DNA from: an uncultured Gemmatimonadales bacterium
GTDB taxonomy: Bacteria; Gemmatimonadota; Gemmatimonadetes; Gemmatimonadales; GWC2-71-9
NCBI GenBank assembly: GCA_963798915.1
Contig: CAWCVB010000005.1
Location: forward strand, 153,291-217,290
Direction: 5' to 3'
DNA length: 64,000 nucleotides
Shown here: in pieces, positions 53,656 through 63,676 of the stretch
How positions within the stretch are numbered: position 1 is the stretch's first letter
Layout: the number at the start of each line of letters is the position of its first letter
The notes under the pieces: generated by a model
Told to the model about the DNA's origin: nothing
What the model saw: the letters and a program-made list of their open reading frames with translations, nothing else
Databases searched by the model: none
Position numbers and translations under genes: made by a program

Positions 53656-55572
53656 TCAGCAGTCAGGCGCCATCGCTGGAGCTAACGCTCCAGTCGAGAC
53701 GAGCGGCCGGCTGGCCCTGCCGAAGCCGCTCGAGTGCGCCCGCTCGAGCCAGAGATGGAGCGCCAGCACCCGCCACAACTGATGGCTATGGTCACGCCGC
53801 CCGCGAAGGTGCTCATCGACCAGCCGCCGAACGGCACGCTCGTCCACGTACTCCAGCGCCGGGCTGGCGGCCCCAAGCTGGATGATCCGGCCCGGAGCTG
53901 ATGCCGGAACCACCGGTCGAGCGGCACCGCAAATCCCTGCTTGGGCTTGGTCAGCACAATCTCGGGAACAATGCCCTGAATCGCCTTTCGGAAGATCCAC
54001 TTTCCCGTCCCGTCGCGCAGCTTGAGCGCACCTGGCAGTGAGGCGGCGAACTCCACCAGCGGATGGTCAAGGAGCGGCACTCGCGCTTCCAGCGACACGG
54101 CCATGCTGGTCCGGTCCACTTTGGTCAGGATGTCACCGGGAAGATAGGTCTGCATGTCCACCATGGTGAGCGCCGTGACCGGGTCCCGGCCTCCCGTGCC
54201 CTCGAACCAGTGGGCGAGCAGGTGGGTGAATGCGGGTAGTCTCCGGGCCAGCTCCGGGCGCGCCACGCCGCCCTCGGCAGCGCCGGATCGGCTGCGCTAC
54301 AGTCGTAGCGTACCGGCCCTGCCATGAGCGCCCCAGGTCCAGCAGGCGATTGCGCCCATACGCGCCGTGGGGAAGCAGGCGCCCGCCATGGCCGGAATGG
54401 GCCTGAGCGGCAGCCGGGAGGACGCCGCGGCGCATCACGTCGGCGTAGCGAGTGTAACCGGCAAAAAGCTCATCGCCGCCATCCCCTGACAGCGCCACCG
54501 TCACCTGTCGCCGCGCCAGCTCGGACACGAAATAAGTCGGCAAGGCCGAGGAGTCGGCAAACGGCTCGTCAAACAGGGCGACCAGGCCGTCGATGACCCG
54601 ATCTGCCTCGGGGGTGAGGATCAGTTCGTAGTGGTCGGTACCGAGCGCCTCCGCCACCTTCCTGGCATGGGGCGCTTCGTTATAGCCCATCTCCTCGAAG
54701 CCAATCGAGAACGTCTTGACCCGCCCCGCCGCGCCTCGCGCCATCAGCGCGACGACGGTCGAACTGTCGAGCCCTCCCGACAGAAAGGCGCCGAGCGGCA
54801 CCTCGGATTCCAGGTGGCTGCTGACGGCCTGGTCCAGCAGGCGGCGGATTTCGACAACTGCCTCTTCCGCTGAAATCCTGAGTTCAGGGCGGATCGGGCT
54901 CCAGTAGCGCCGCACCGACATGTTGTCAGGGTCGTCTGCCTGCCAGGCCAGGGTGTGTCCGGGCAGGAGCTTGTGCACGTCCTGGTACACGCTCATCGGG
55001 TCGGGCACGTATCCCAGCGCCAGATACCAGGCAATCGCGTCGTCGGAGATCGCCGGAGCCGTGTCACTCCCGGCCAGCAGCGACCGCAGTTCGCTGCAGA
55101 AGCGCAGTGTGCCGTCGCGGAGTTCGTAGTACAGCGGCTTGATGCCCAGCCGATCACGGGCGATCAGCAGCCGCTGCCGCCTCGCATCCCAGAGGGCGAA
55201 CGCGAACATCCCCCTGAGGTGGGACACCACGTCATCGCCCCATTCCTCGTAGCCGTGGACGATGGTCTCGGTGTCAGCATGAGTGCGGAACTGGTGGCGC
55301 TGAGCGCTGAGCGCTGAGCGCAAGGCGTGATGATTGTAGATCTCGCCATTGAAGACGATCTGCACGCTGCCGTCTTCATTGCCGATGGGCTGGCGCCCGC
55401 CCGCGACATCGATGATGCTGAGCCGTCGCATGCCCAGGCCAACGCCGGGTGCGGTGAAGTGGCCCTCGTCATCGGGCCCACGATGGCGGATCGCGCTGCA
55501 CATGCGCCCCAGCAGCGCATCCGCCTCGTCGGGTGGGAGGGAGAGTCCGGCGAATCCGGCGATGCCGCACAT
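53656..55572 (-). CDS. asnB: Asparagine synthase-type amidotransferase 2 (frameshifted)
   Basis: MCGIAG, HRGPDD, LSGGLDS, SGDGGDE, YLPGDILTKVDR and LWRVLALHLW across frames. Confidence 0.9.
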
Positions 55573-55574
55573 GG

Positions 55575-56940
55575 TCAGGCTGCTCGGGGCAGCACAAGAC
55601 GGCGCGCTTCGGCCGCCTCGCGCTCGCACACCGTCGCCACGGCCCAGATGAGGGCGATGTGAATATAGAGAAAGGTCAGCTTCGAATAGCTGCCCCAGAT
55701 GCCGGCCACCAGGAAGCAGAGCAGCCCAAGCTCCAGGAACCGCAACTGCAACGCTCCCTCTCGGTAGACGTAGCGCACTCGTCGTCGCACCCGCATCGAG
55801 TGGGCCACCGTCGCGCCGACCAGGACCAGAAAGAGACAGCAAGCCGATGAACCCGTTTTCGGCCGCCAGGGTGAGGTAGGTGCTGTGTGCATCGCGGTTG
55901 CCGAGCACGTCTGAGGCCGACCCGTTGGCATACGAGTAGGCGCCGAGGCCTACCCCGGTCAGATCGGATGCGCCTTGACGATCCGGAAGCCGGTCTGCCA
56001 GATGGCCCAGCGCTGCGCCGCTGAGCCCTCCTGGTCCACCTCATTGAGGGTGGACGTCGAGGTGGCGTAGCGCAGGCCCTTGAGCCGCTCCCACACGCCA
56101 TGCGGAGCAATCGCCACGAGCAGCGCGGCGACGAGCGTCAGGCTGCCGATGATCTTTGCCTTCTTGGGATGCCCCCAGACCGCGGCTATGACGAAGATGG
56201 CGAGCGCCACCAGGACCGCTCTCGACTGCGTGACGACGATGGTGAAGGGAAGCACCAGCACGGCGAACAGGGCGCCGAGCCGCACGATGCCCCGTCGTTC
56301 GGTCACCAGCAGCGCCGCCGCCATCGACAGCTGCAATAGCGCGAGTGCGGCCATGTCGTTCGGGTTATGAAAGATCCCCCGGTACCAGGCGGCCCGGCCA
56401 AAGTAGGTGTTGCCGGTCAGGTAGTTGATAATGGTACCGCGGACCGGGTGAGAGCCAAAAAAGGCGAGAAACATGACCATGAATAGCCAGATCTGCGCCC
56501 GGCTGCGCACAGCATTGACGATGACAAGGTAGATCAGCCCCACCTTGGTGAGGTCGAGCAAGGCAGTCAAGGCCACGCCGCGCCATGGCGATACCACGGC
56601 GCCCATCGCGGCCCAGAGCAGGAAAACGCCAGAAAAAGCCGGCACTGGCCGGAAAGCGGAGCCCGTTCGGCAGCAGCAGCAGCCCAACCAGTCCGAGGAT
56701 GACGGACGCCTCCCCGATCGGAAGGCGATAGGTGACCGAGGCAAACAGGTAGCCGAGGATGCCGATGAACGACAGCGACCAGGAGACCGCGCCCAGCCGG
56801 GACCGCAGGCGCACGAGGCCGGCCCAGACGTCGTGCATGCGACGGCGATCGGTGCCGCGCGACTTCGAGCCGGACGCAACCGGCGCTTGAAGCACGCCGA
56901 CCTGGTCCGCTGCCGGGGCGGCCGTCACGGAGCGGTTCAT
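55575..56940 (-). CDS. O-antigen ligase / Wzy_C-family membrane protein (frameshifted)
   Basis: NPNDMA, TQSR, R..IW..G, AHSTYL..AAENGFIG motifs with many TM helices. Confidence 0.85.
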
Positions 56941-56963
56941 GCGCCAGCCCTCTGGGCGCCGCT

Positions 56964-58101
56964 TCACCGTGCCAGCTCCTCGTAGAGTGCCATCAATTGA
57001 TTCAGAACCACCTCGTCCGAAAATCGGTCCCTCGCCGTCTGCTGGCCGGCACGGCCAAGTGCCGCCGCGAACTCGGAGTCGCCGCGCAGCCGGTCGAGTG
57101 CACCGGCGAATCCGGCGTCATCATCGTCCGGAACCAGCAGACCGGTGACGCCGTCGGTGACAGCATCCCGCACGCCACCGACATCGGTGGCGATCACTGG
57201 TCGCCCCGCAGCCATTGCTTCGACCACCGCGTTGGGAAATCCTTCGCTTCGGGATGTCAGCGCCGATACGTCGAACAGCGCATGAGGATTGGGGCGATTC
57301 GGCAGGGTGCCGGTAAACGTGACCCTTCCGCCGAGACCCCAGTCACGGGCGAGCTGTTCCAGCGACTCGCGCTCGGGTCCCTCTCCGACAATGACAATAT
57401 GCACGCCCGGGCCGCCCGCTGTGAGCCGTCGCACCGCGCGGAAGAGCAATTGATGATTCTTTACCGGCGTGAGCCGGGCGACGATGCCGATGACCCAGCG
57501 ATCGGCCGGGATGCCGAGCGCGGTGCGACTCGACTGGCGTTGGGCCAGGGCCGGCTGCTCGAACGCATCGTCCTCCAGAAAGTTGGGAACAATCGCCAAT
57601 TGCTCGGCGCGATAGCCGTGATCCTTCACCAGCCCCGCGCCGACGGCGGCGCTGTTGGCAAGGAGCCGGGTAGCGCGGCGCGAGAAGAAATCGTTGAGAC
57701 GGTCGAGCCGCGCCTGCGACGAGTCCGCGCCCCAGCGTCGGCTGGCGATGATGTTCCGCACACCGGCGATCCGGGCCCAGAGGCCGACAAAAATATTGCT
57801 GTAGATGTCATGGCAATGCACCACATCGGGCTGCGCCCGCCGCAGCCAGGCGGCCAGTCGCAGGCCTTGGCGCCAGGCCGCTGGCCCGTACATGTTCTGC
57901 AGCGGAAATGCCGTGACCGGAATACCCGCCTGGTCGTAGCGGGTGCGCAACGGCCCGCTGGCCTGCATGGACACCAGCTGGAGTGAGACCCGCTGGCGAT
58001 CCAGCCGCTCGGCCGTGCGAACGGCGTTCAGTTCGGTGCCACCCACACCGAAATTGTCGGTGGCGAACACGATCTTGAGCGGGGCGCTTGACAGAGTTCA
58101 A
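56964..58101 (-). CDS. Glycosyltransferase family 4
   Basis: GGTE, VARLTPVKN and SEGFPNAVVEAMA motifs; start uncertain (possible frameshift near 58082). Confidence 0.9.
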
Positions 58102-58372
58102 TCCTTGGTGGATGCTCAACGGTTGGGGGCGGAAGCAGCAATCGCTGTGCCCCAGACTCCCGGCGATCGGCAAGGTACACGGGCGGGGTCGCCCAAGCCG
58201 TCACAGTTGTTGTTGTGCCTCCGCATCATGAGGGCAAGAATGAAGCTGATCTGCCCGAAGTCACGTTCGCAAGTCCTTTGCGGTCATGGTGTTAGCAGGG
58301 ACGCTCACGCCAGAGTTGCTTAGTACGCTTATTGCTCCTCTGCCAAGCGCCTCTTCACGACAGGAGTGGACC

Positions 58373-58876
58373 ATTCAGGCCAACACCGCAACCGCCCGAT
58401 CCTTGGCCCGCGCCGGATATCCGATTGCGCTCCTGCTGATTCTGGTACCGCTGCTCGACACGGTTCCCAAGGTGTTGCCGGCGCATCCTGGCAGCGCCGA
58501 TTGGCGATATGGAGCGGTGGGTCTGCTGTTCGGGAGCGTCGTGACGCCCATCATCGGGCTCGCGATCGCTGGCGCTGCTGCCTTGATTGCGCGGCAGCGA
58601 GTGGGGCTGATGGTGGTGTCCCTGGTGTTCCTCCTGCTGGCGCTGTTCCTCGTAATCGGAGGCGTCGCCTTTCTCGTTGACTTCGGCGGTATCGCAGCCA
58701 AGCTCAGCGAGCGCGTCACACCAGCGTTCCGCGCGGCCACGGTCAAGACGACCGTGATTGCGGTGCTGGCTGCGCTGGCCTCGTGCTGGCTGGGGCTGGG
58801 CGGCTGGCGTGCGGCGCGCGCGGCAGGTGCGGGGGCCAACGATGGAAGGTCGGCAGGTCTGGTGGTCGGTCACTGA
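58373..58876 (+). CDS. 4-TM membrane protein, paralog 2 (HpsJ-like)
   Basis: P-x7-WRYGAVG motif; AGGAG at 58362-58366 precedes an in-frame ATT at 58373; start uncertain. Confidence 0.75.
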   Translation: MQANTATARSLARAGYPIALLLILVPLLDTVPKVLPAHPGSADWRYGAVGLLFGSVVTPIIGLAIAGAAALIARQRVGLMVVSLVFLLLALFLVIGGVAFLVDFGGIAAKLSERVTPAFRAATVKTTVIAVLAALASCWLGLGGWRAARAAGAGANDGRSAGLVVGH

Positions 58877-58898
58877 TTCTCACACTCGGAGTTCAATT

Positions 58899-59561
58899 AT
58901 GAAGCTTGGCACGCTACTCAGCCGGAGCGCCCTGGTTGCGGCCTCGCTCGCGATGTTCGCGGGTACGGCACGCGCTGATGGTACTCTTGGCCAACCCCTG
59001 ATCAAGACAGGGGACCTGCAGGCCGCGTTCGTCGGGAGCGATGCGTTCTACGGCGACGATCTCTACTTCTTCCTCACGGTCGGGGACTTCAGCACGGCGC
59101 AGTTCCTGTTCGACAACCATGCGTCGGTGCCGGGAACCGTCGTGGACATCAATGACGGTACGCTCAACGTCGGCGACGAAGCCATCTTCGGCATCTGCGT
59201 CAACGAGAGCGGCGCCTCGCCGCAGCCCGACTGCCCTTCGGCGGACCACATTTATTACAGTGGCACGGCGTCAACCTCCAACGATGACGGCTTGCCTCAC
59301 ACCATCGTCTGGACGCATGACGACTACGAAGCGTACGCTGGCGTGGATCTGGATGCCATGGGCATCGGCGCCGACTACGCGTACATCATCGGCTTCGAGG
59401 ATATCCTCGGTGGTGGTGATGAAGACTACAACGACGCCATCTTCGCCCTGAAGGGCGTCACTGCCGTACCGGAGCCCGTGACCATGACGCTGCTCGCCAC
59501 CGGCCTCGCCGGCATGGGCGGCACTGGCCTGGTGCGCCGTCGCAAGAAGAAGAACACGTAA
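58899..59561 (+). CDS. PEP-CTERM protein with DUF4114-like acidic motif
   Basis: Signal peptide, GFEDILGGGDEDYND motif, VPEP-TM-RRRKKK tail. Confidence 0.93.
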   Translation: MKLGTLLSRSALVAASLAMFAGTARADGTLGQPLIKTGDLQAAFVGSDAFYGDDLYFFLTVGDFSTAQFLFDNHASVPGTVVDINDGTLNVGDEAIFGICVNESGASPQPDCPSADHIYYSGTASTSNDDGLPHTIVWTHDDYEAYAGVDLDAMGIGADYAYIIGFEDILGGGDEDYNDAIFALKGVTAVPEPVTMTLLATGLAGMGGTGLVRRRKKKNT

Positions 59562-59590
59562 CACGCGCAGGTCCGATCGATCAGCCAGAC

Positions 59591-59614
59591 ATGGGGCGCC
59601 GCAGGGCGCCCCAT
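59591..59614 (+). terminator. Hairpin after PEP-CTERM gene
   Basis: ATGGGGCGCC-GCAG-GGCGCCCCAT; weak U-tract. Confidence 0.5.
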
Positions 59615-59661
59615 TCATTGGTAACCCCAAGGCCGAACGCCAAGCACGCTGGTGGCGGCCA

Positions 59662-59709
59662 GCGCGTCGCGAATAGCGCACCGCGCATAGCGCACGCGCA
59701 TAGCGCTCG
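59662..59709. repeat. Degenerate heptamer tandem repeat (GCGCANN)
   Basis: gcgcgtc-gcgaata-gcgcacc-gcgcata-gcgcac-gcgcata-gcgctcg. Confidence 0.75.
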
Positions 59710-59777
59710 CGGCCCCACCTTGTGCAATCCCGGCTGGGGCACAACCTTACGGCACCTGACTTCAACCGAACTGCGCC

Positions 59778-60293
59778 ATGGCACAGACTCCCATTCCTGC
59801 CCGTCCTTGGCTCCGCGGCCTCTACGCCCTCGGGGCGCTGCTCCTGCTGCAGCCACCGCTCGAGGTGGTGGCCGCTGCCTGGCCGCTGCGCCTGTCGGAA
59901 GTCGGTTGGCGTTTCGGATTCGTGGGCGGGCTGCAGCATCTGATTTCCACATTCGTCGTGGGCATGGCACTATTGGCGCTGGCTGCCTACCTGCTGCAGC
60001 ACCGTCTGGTGCTGCGGGGAGTGGCGATCGCTGCGTTGCTGATGGGTGTGCTGCTGATCCTCGGCATGGCCAGCTTTGCGCTGGACTACGTGCAGCTGCG
60101 GCGCATGGTGAGACCTGAGCTGGTGGGCAAGTTTGATATGGCCGCCATGCGTGCGGGCATCAGCCTGCTGCTGGCCATCGTGGCATTGTCAGTGCTGGGC
60201 TATACGGGTATGGTGGCGAGTCGGGTCACCGACGGGCGGCGTGCCACCCGCCGGTCCAGCGCCGGCGAAGGATTGATTGTCGGGCGTAGCTGA
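59778..60293 (+). CDS. 4-TM membrane protein, paralog 3 (HpsJ-like)
   Basis: P-x7-WRFGFVG motif; C-terminal GLIVG matches GLVVG of paralog 2. Confidence 0.8.
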   Translation: MAQTPIPARPWLRGLYALGALLLLQPPLEVVAAAWPLRLSEVGWRFGFVGGLQHLISTFVVGMALLALAAYLLQHRLVLRGVAIAALLMGVLLILGMASFALDYVQLRRMVRPELVGKFDMAAMRAGISLLLAIVALSVLGYTGMVASRVTDGRRATRRSSAGEGLIVGRS

Positions 60294-60294
60294 A

Positions 60295-60933
60295 TCAGGC
60301 GGGTGCGGGCAGGAGTCGCCGCACGGCCGGCACCAGCATCTGGCCCACGCTGGTCGCGAGTGAGTCGGCGTTGGTCATGCGCTCCGTGAGTGGAACGACA
60401 ATCCGAACCAGAGCTTCTTCCGAGCGGCCCGTCAGGGCCGCGTCACGCAATAATTCCCACTTGACCTTGTACTCATTGGCCTCGACCCGTCCCCGGCCTT
60501 CATACCAGTAATACACCAGCGCGCGCGCATTCTTGTTCGCCAGCACATAGCGATTCACCATGACCGTATCGCTGCCCAGTACCAGCGGATGGCGTCCGGC
60601 GTTGAGCGGCTCCCAGCCGGCGCCCGGCAGGCAATTCTTCGGCGAGTGAATCGTGCGCCCCTGGGTCTGCTGCTGGTAGTAGCCGACGTAGACCGAGAAC
60701 GCCGAGACCGTGTCGGGCGTGGCGAAGATTCGGAGAACGTAATCCGACATGCCGGCCACCGCCTGCTGGTCGGCCGGAATGCTCTGGTCGTAGCCGGTGT
60801 AGATGCCGAGTTGCCGGGGCAGCGACGCGAGGTCACCCCGGAGGGAAACGGCCTGCTGCCGTTGGATGCTGAAGAGCAGCAGGCACCCGCAGCCCATGAT
60901 GCCGGCCGGCAGCCAGCGATGCCAGTCACGCAT
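60295..60933 (-). CDS. epsI: EpsI-family exosortase-associated protein
   Basis: VYVGYY..Q..IHSPKNCLPGAGW, YYWY and ALVRI motifs; directly downstream of the exosortase. Confidence 0.92.
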   Translation of the reverse strand: MRDWHRWLPAGIMGCGCLLLFSIQRQQAVSLRGDLASLPRQLGIYTGYDQSIPADQQAVAGMSDYVLRIFATPDTVSAFSVYVGYYQQQTQGRTIHSPKNCLPGAGWEPLNAGRHPLVLGSDTVMVNRYVLANKNARALVYYWYEGRGRVEANEYKVKWELLRDAALTGRSEEALVRIVVPLTERMTNADSLATSVGQMLVPAVRRLLPAPA

Positions 60934-61813
60934 CAGGCGCGTCCTTTTCGAGTCGGCGCTCGACCGTCCGGGCCACCCAGGCCAGGACACCGAGCAGTCC
61001 GAACGCCACGATGAACAGCAGCCAGCCCTCCGTCAGGTGCATGAACCCTTCGCCCAGCTTCGGGTCCACAAAGAACACCAGGAAGCCGGTGAAGAAGACC
61101 CGCACCGCATTGATGAGAATCGCCACAGGGATCGCCAGCAGCAGGACCAGGATCCGAGCGACCGGGGTCCGAAGCCAGAGCCCGCCCACCAGCACGCCCA
61201 GCGAGAGCAGGGCAGTCAGCGACCGAAGGCCGCTGCAGGCCTCGGTGACGAAGAGCTGGTGTCCCGGGAGGTTGATCACGTTGCCGGACAACACGACCGG
61301 AATGTCACGCGAGCGCAGCAGCGCCGCGCCCATCCGGGACGCCTGGAACTGGAGCGGCAGGGCCAATGCGTTGGTCACCAATGCCGGCCATGGAATGGAC
61401 AGGAAAAGGAGCACGGCCGGCAACCACCAGTGCAGCAACTGCCGCCATCCCCAGAGGAAGACCACCAGGCCGGCCATCGCCATGACCATCGACACCCGCA
61501 TGGTGAAGACTTCGGCCGCGAGCCCTGAGAGGTAGCGCAGGAGGACGGCGCCGCCGAGGATGGCACTTCCCCAGGCGAGCCGCGGCACGCGCACCGGCAG
61601 CAGCCCGCGCCGCCAGGCCAGCCAGAGGGCCAGGGGCGCCAGCAGCAGCCCATGGCCCGCCTCAGGGTTGCTCCACCAGTCGCGCACCAGCAACTGGGCC
61701 GGTTTCGCAAACAGGATCGCAAAGGCCAGCACCGCCAGCGTGGCCGGCAACGCCAGCGCCGGGCGCCGGGTGAGGCTGCCGAGGGAAGGCACCGTTTCGG
61801 CAGTGGCCGTCAC
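60926..61813 (-). CDS. Exosortase (EpsH/Xrt family)
   Basis: HGLL.P, EACSGLRS catalytic Cys, NAVRV Arg and MHLTEG His; about 8 TM helices. Confidence 0.95.
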   Translation of the reverse strand: MTATAETVPSLGSLTRRPALALPATLAVLAFAILFAKPAQLLVRDWWSNPEAGHGLLLAPLALWLAWRRGLLPVRVPRLAWGSAILGGAVLLRYLSGLAAEVFTMRVSMVMAMAGLVVFLWGWRQLLHWWLPAVLLFLSIPWPALVTNALALPLQFQASRMGAALLRSRDIPVVLSGNVINLPGHQLFVTEACSGLRSLTALLSLGVLVGGLWLRTPVARILVLLLAIPVAILINAVRVFFTGFLVFFVDPKLGEGFMHLTEGWLLFIVAFGLLGVLAWVARTVERRLEKDAPDA

Positions 61814-61816
61814 GAC

Positions 61817-62590
61817 CTACCAGCCACCGCGGCGGAACAGCATGACGGGAATCGTCTGCAGCATGATCTTGAGGTCTTCGAGAATGCCCTGCCGCTCGAT
61901 GTACTTCAGGTCATAACTGACCTTCGTCTTCACGTCCTCGATGCAGCGGTCATAGTGGTGGTTGATCTGCGCCAGGCCGGTGATCCCGGGTTTGGCGCGC
62001 TGCCGCTGCGGATATTCGCCGATGTGCTCGCGCAGCTGGGCAAAGATGGTGGGTCGCTCCGGCCGCGGGCCAACGATATTCATCTCGCCGCGCAGCACGT
62101 TGTAGAGCTGGGGCAGTTCGTCCAGTCGGTACTGGCGCAGATAGCGGCCCACCCAGGTCACCCGCGGATCATTGTTCTGGGCCCAGACGGCGCCAGAGCC
62201 GGACTCCGCATTCATGGTCATTGTCCGGAACTTGTAGATCCGGAATGGCTTGCCCCCAATGTCCTCGCGCCGGCGATGGTTCATGCTGTCGGGTCCGAGA
62301 CCGCGGCGGTCCAGTCCGACCCGGGTCTGGGTGTAGATCACCGGCCCGTGGGAAGTGAGCCGGACCAGCAGGGCAACCAGCAACAGCACCGGCAGGGCCA
62401 CGATCAGGCCCAGCAGCGCGAGAGTGAAGTTCAGCACCCGACGCAGGCGCTCGGCGGTGCTCAGCATGGTGCCTTCCACCGGCACGGCGACAGCCGGCCG
62501 CTGGGAGATATCGGGACGACTGACGGCGCCGGACAGGGTCCGGCGTCGCGTCGGAGTGTGCTCGCGAATTCCCGGCATGGCAATGCCCAT
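61817..62590 (-). CDS. Priming sugar (phospho)transferase
   Basis: IYKFRTM, DPRVT, LDELPQL.NVLRGEM..VGPRPE and KPGITGLAQ motifs; start uncertain. Confidence 0.93.
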   Translation of the reverse strand: MGIAMPGIREHTPTRRRTLSGAVSRPDISQRPAVAVPVEGTMLSTAERLRRVLNFTLALLGLIVALPVLLLVALLVRLTSHGPVIYTQTRVGLDRRGLGPDSMNHRRREDIGGKPFRIYKFRTMTMNAESGSGAVWAQNNDPRVTWVGRYLRQYRLDELPQLYNVLRGEMNIVGPRPERPTIFAQLREHIGEYPQRQRAKPGITGLAQINHHYDRCIEDVKTKVSYDLKYIERQGILEDLKIMLQTIPVMLFRRGGW

Positions 62591-62609
62591 GTCGTCTTCG
62601 ACCTTCTGG

Positions 62610-63338
62610 TTAGAAGATTCGGGTTGCAAAGTAGATTCCCGTAAACAGGCCCGTGAGAAGCCCGACCGTCTGCAACGCTCCGCGCCAGCCTCCGGGCTTC
62701 TCGCCGACCACGAACTGATCGCCTCCCTGAATATTCAGCTGGTCGAGGGAGGTTCCTGCCGCCAGGGCCGTCTGCATCTGGTCTCGCGTGATGATGGTCG
62801 AGTCGCCGCGGTGAATCTCCACTTTTTGCAGACTGGCGTTGGTGTTGGGCCCGCCGGCCACCATCACGACCTGTGATACCGGCGTTTCTGCCGGCACGCT
62901 GAAGAAACCGGGCCGGTTGACGGCGCCGGTGACGGCAACCCGCACCAGCGCCACCGCGTCCACCTGCGGATTCCGGATGTATTCGGCAATCTTCTTGGCC
63001 ATGAAGTCCTGCAGCTCGGAGCGCAGGAGGCCGTGCAGCGAAAACTGTGGCACGTTGGGGAGCTTGAGGACCTGGCCCGTCCGCACCGTGAACGTGTCGC
63101 TCAGGGTGCTTTCTTCCACCACGCTCAGGGCAATGAGATCGCCCGCGTGGAAGTCACCATTCTCAAGTCGGTCCTGGATGGCCGCCCGGTGCTCACCCGA
63201 CGCCCCCTGCAGCATGCTCTGCAGTTCAGCACGCGACGCCATGGCCCTGCTCGTAGCGACCGAGTCCTGCGCGATCAGCGCAGGGGGAATCGCCGCGACG
63301 GCGAGGGCAATCAGCAGGTAGCGAACAGTGAAGCGCAT
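62610..63338 (-). CDS. Polysaccharide export protein (Wza-like Poly_export + SLBB)
   Basis: Signal peptide; GDLIALSV, YIRNPQV, VTGAVNRPG and AGG motifs; hydrophobic C-terminal helix. Confidence 0.85.
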   Translation of the reverse strand: MRFTVRYLLIALAVAAIPPALIAQDSVATSRAMASRAELQSMLQGASGEHRAAIQDRLENGDFHAGDLIALSVVEESTLSDTFTVRTGQVLKLPNVPQFSLHGLLRSELQDFMAKKIAEYIRNPQVDAVALVRVAVTGAVNRPGFFSVPAETPVSQVVMVAGGPNTNASLQKVEIHRGDSTIITRDQMQTALAAGTSLDQLNIQGGDQFVVGEKPGGWRGALQTVGLLTGLFTGIYFATRIF

Positions 63339-63460
63339 GGGTCTCCGCAATCGGTGAGTAGTGGGCCAGCGCCGTCCTCGAAGAACTCTACGAAGTTAAC
63401 TCGCCGGGCTCGGATTCCCGTGAGCGACCTCACGGCTGCTCCTGCCGGGACGTGCGTGGC

Positions 63461-63676
63461 TCAGCATGGTTCCGGGTCGGGCTCCGGTCCGATGGGCTGG
63501 TCGTCGACTTCGCGTCGCGCCAGCAACACATCCAGCGCCTCACCCAGTCCGAAGCCGGCCAGACGGTGGGCAAAGCGCGAGAGCTCCTCGTTCAGGTCCG
63601 CCGACTGGGCGGGGTCCTGGCCGGGATCCTCGGATTGCTTCGTCGAATTTCGTGCCGCAGAATCGGATTCAGTCAT
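63461..63676 (-). CDS. Small hypothetical protein
   Basis: MTESDSAAR.. preceded by GGAG; short amphipathic helix; low-complexity ends. Confidence 0.35.
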   Translation of the reverse strand: MTESDSAARNSTKQSEDPGQDPAQSADLNEELSRFAHRLAGFGLGEALDVLLARREVDDQPIGPEPDPEPC

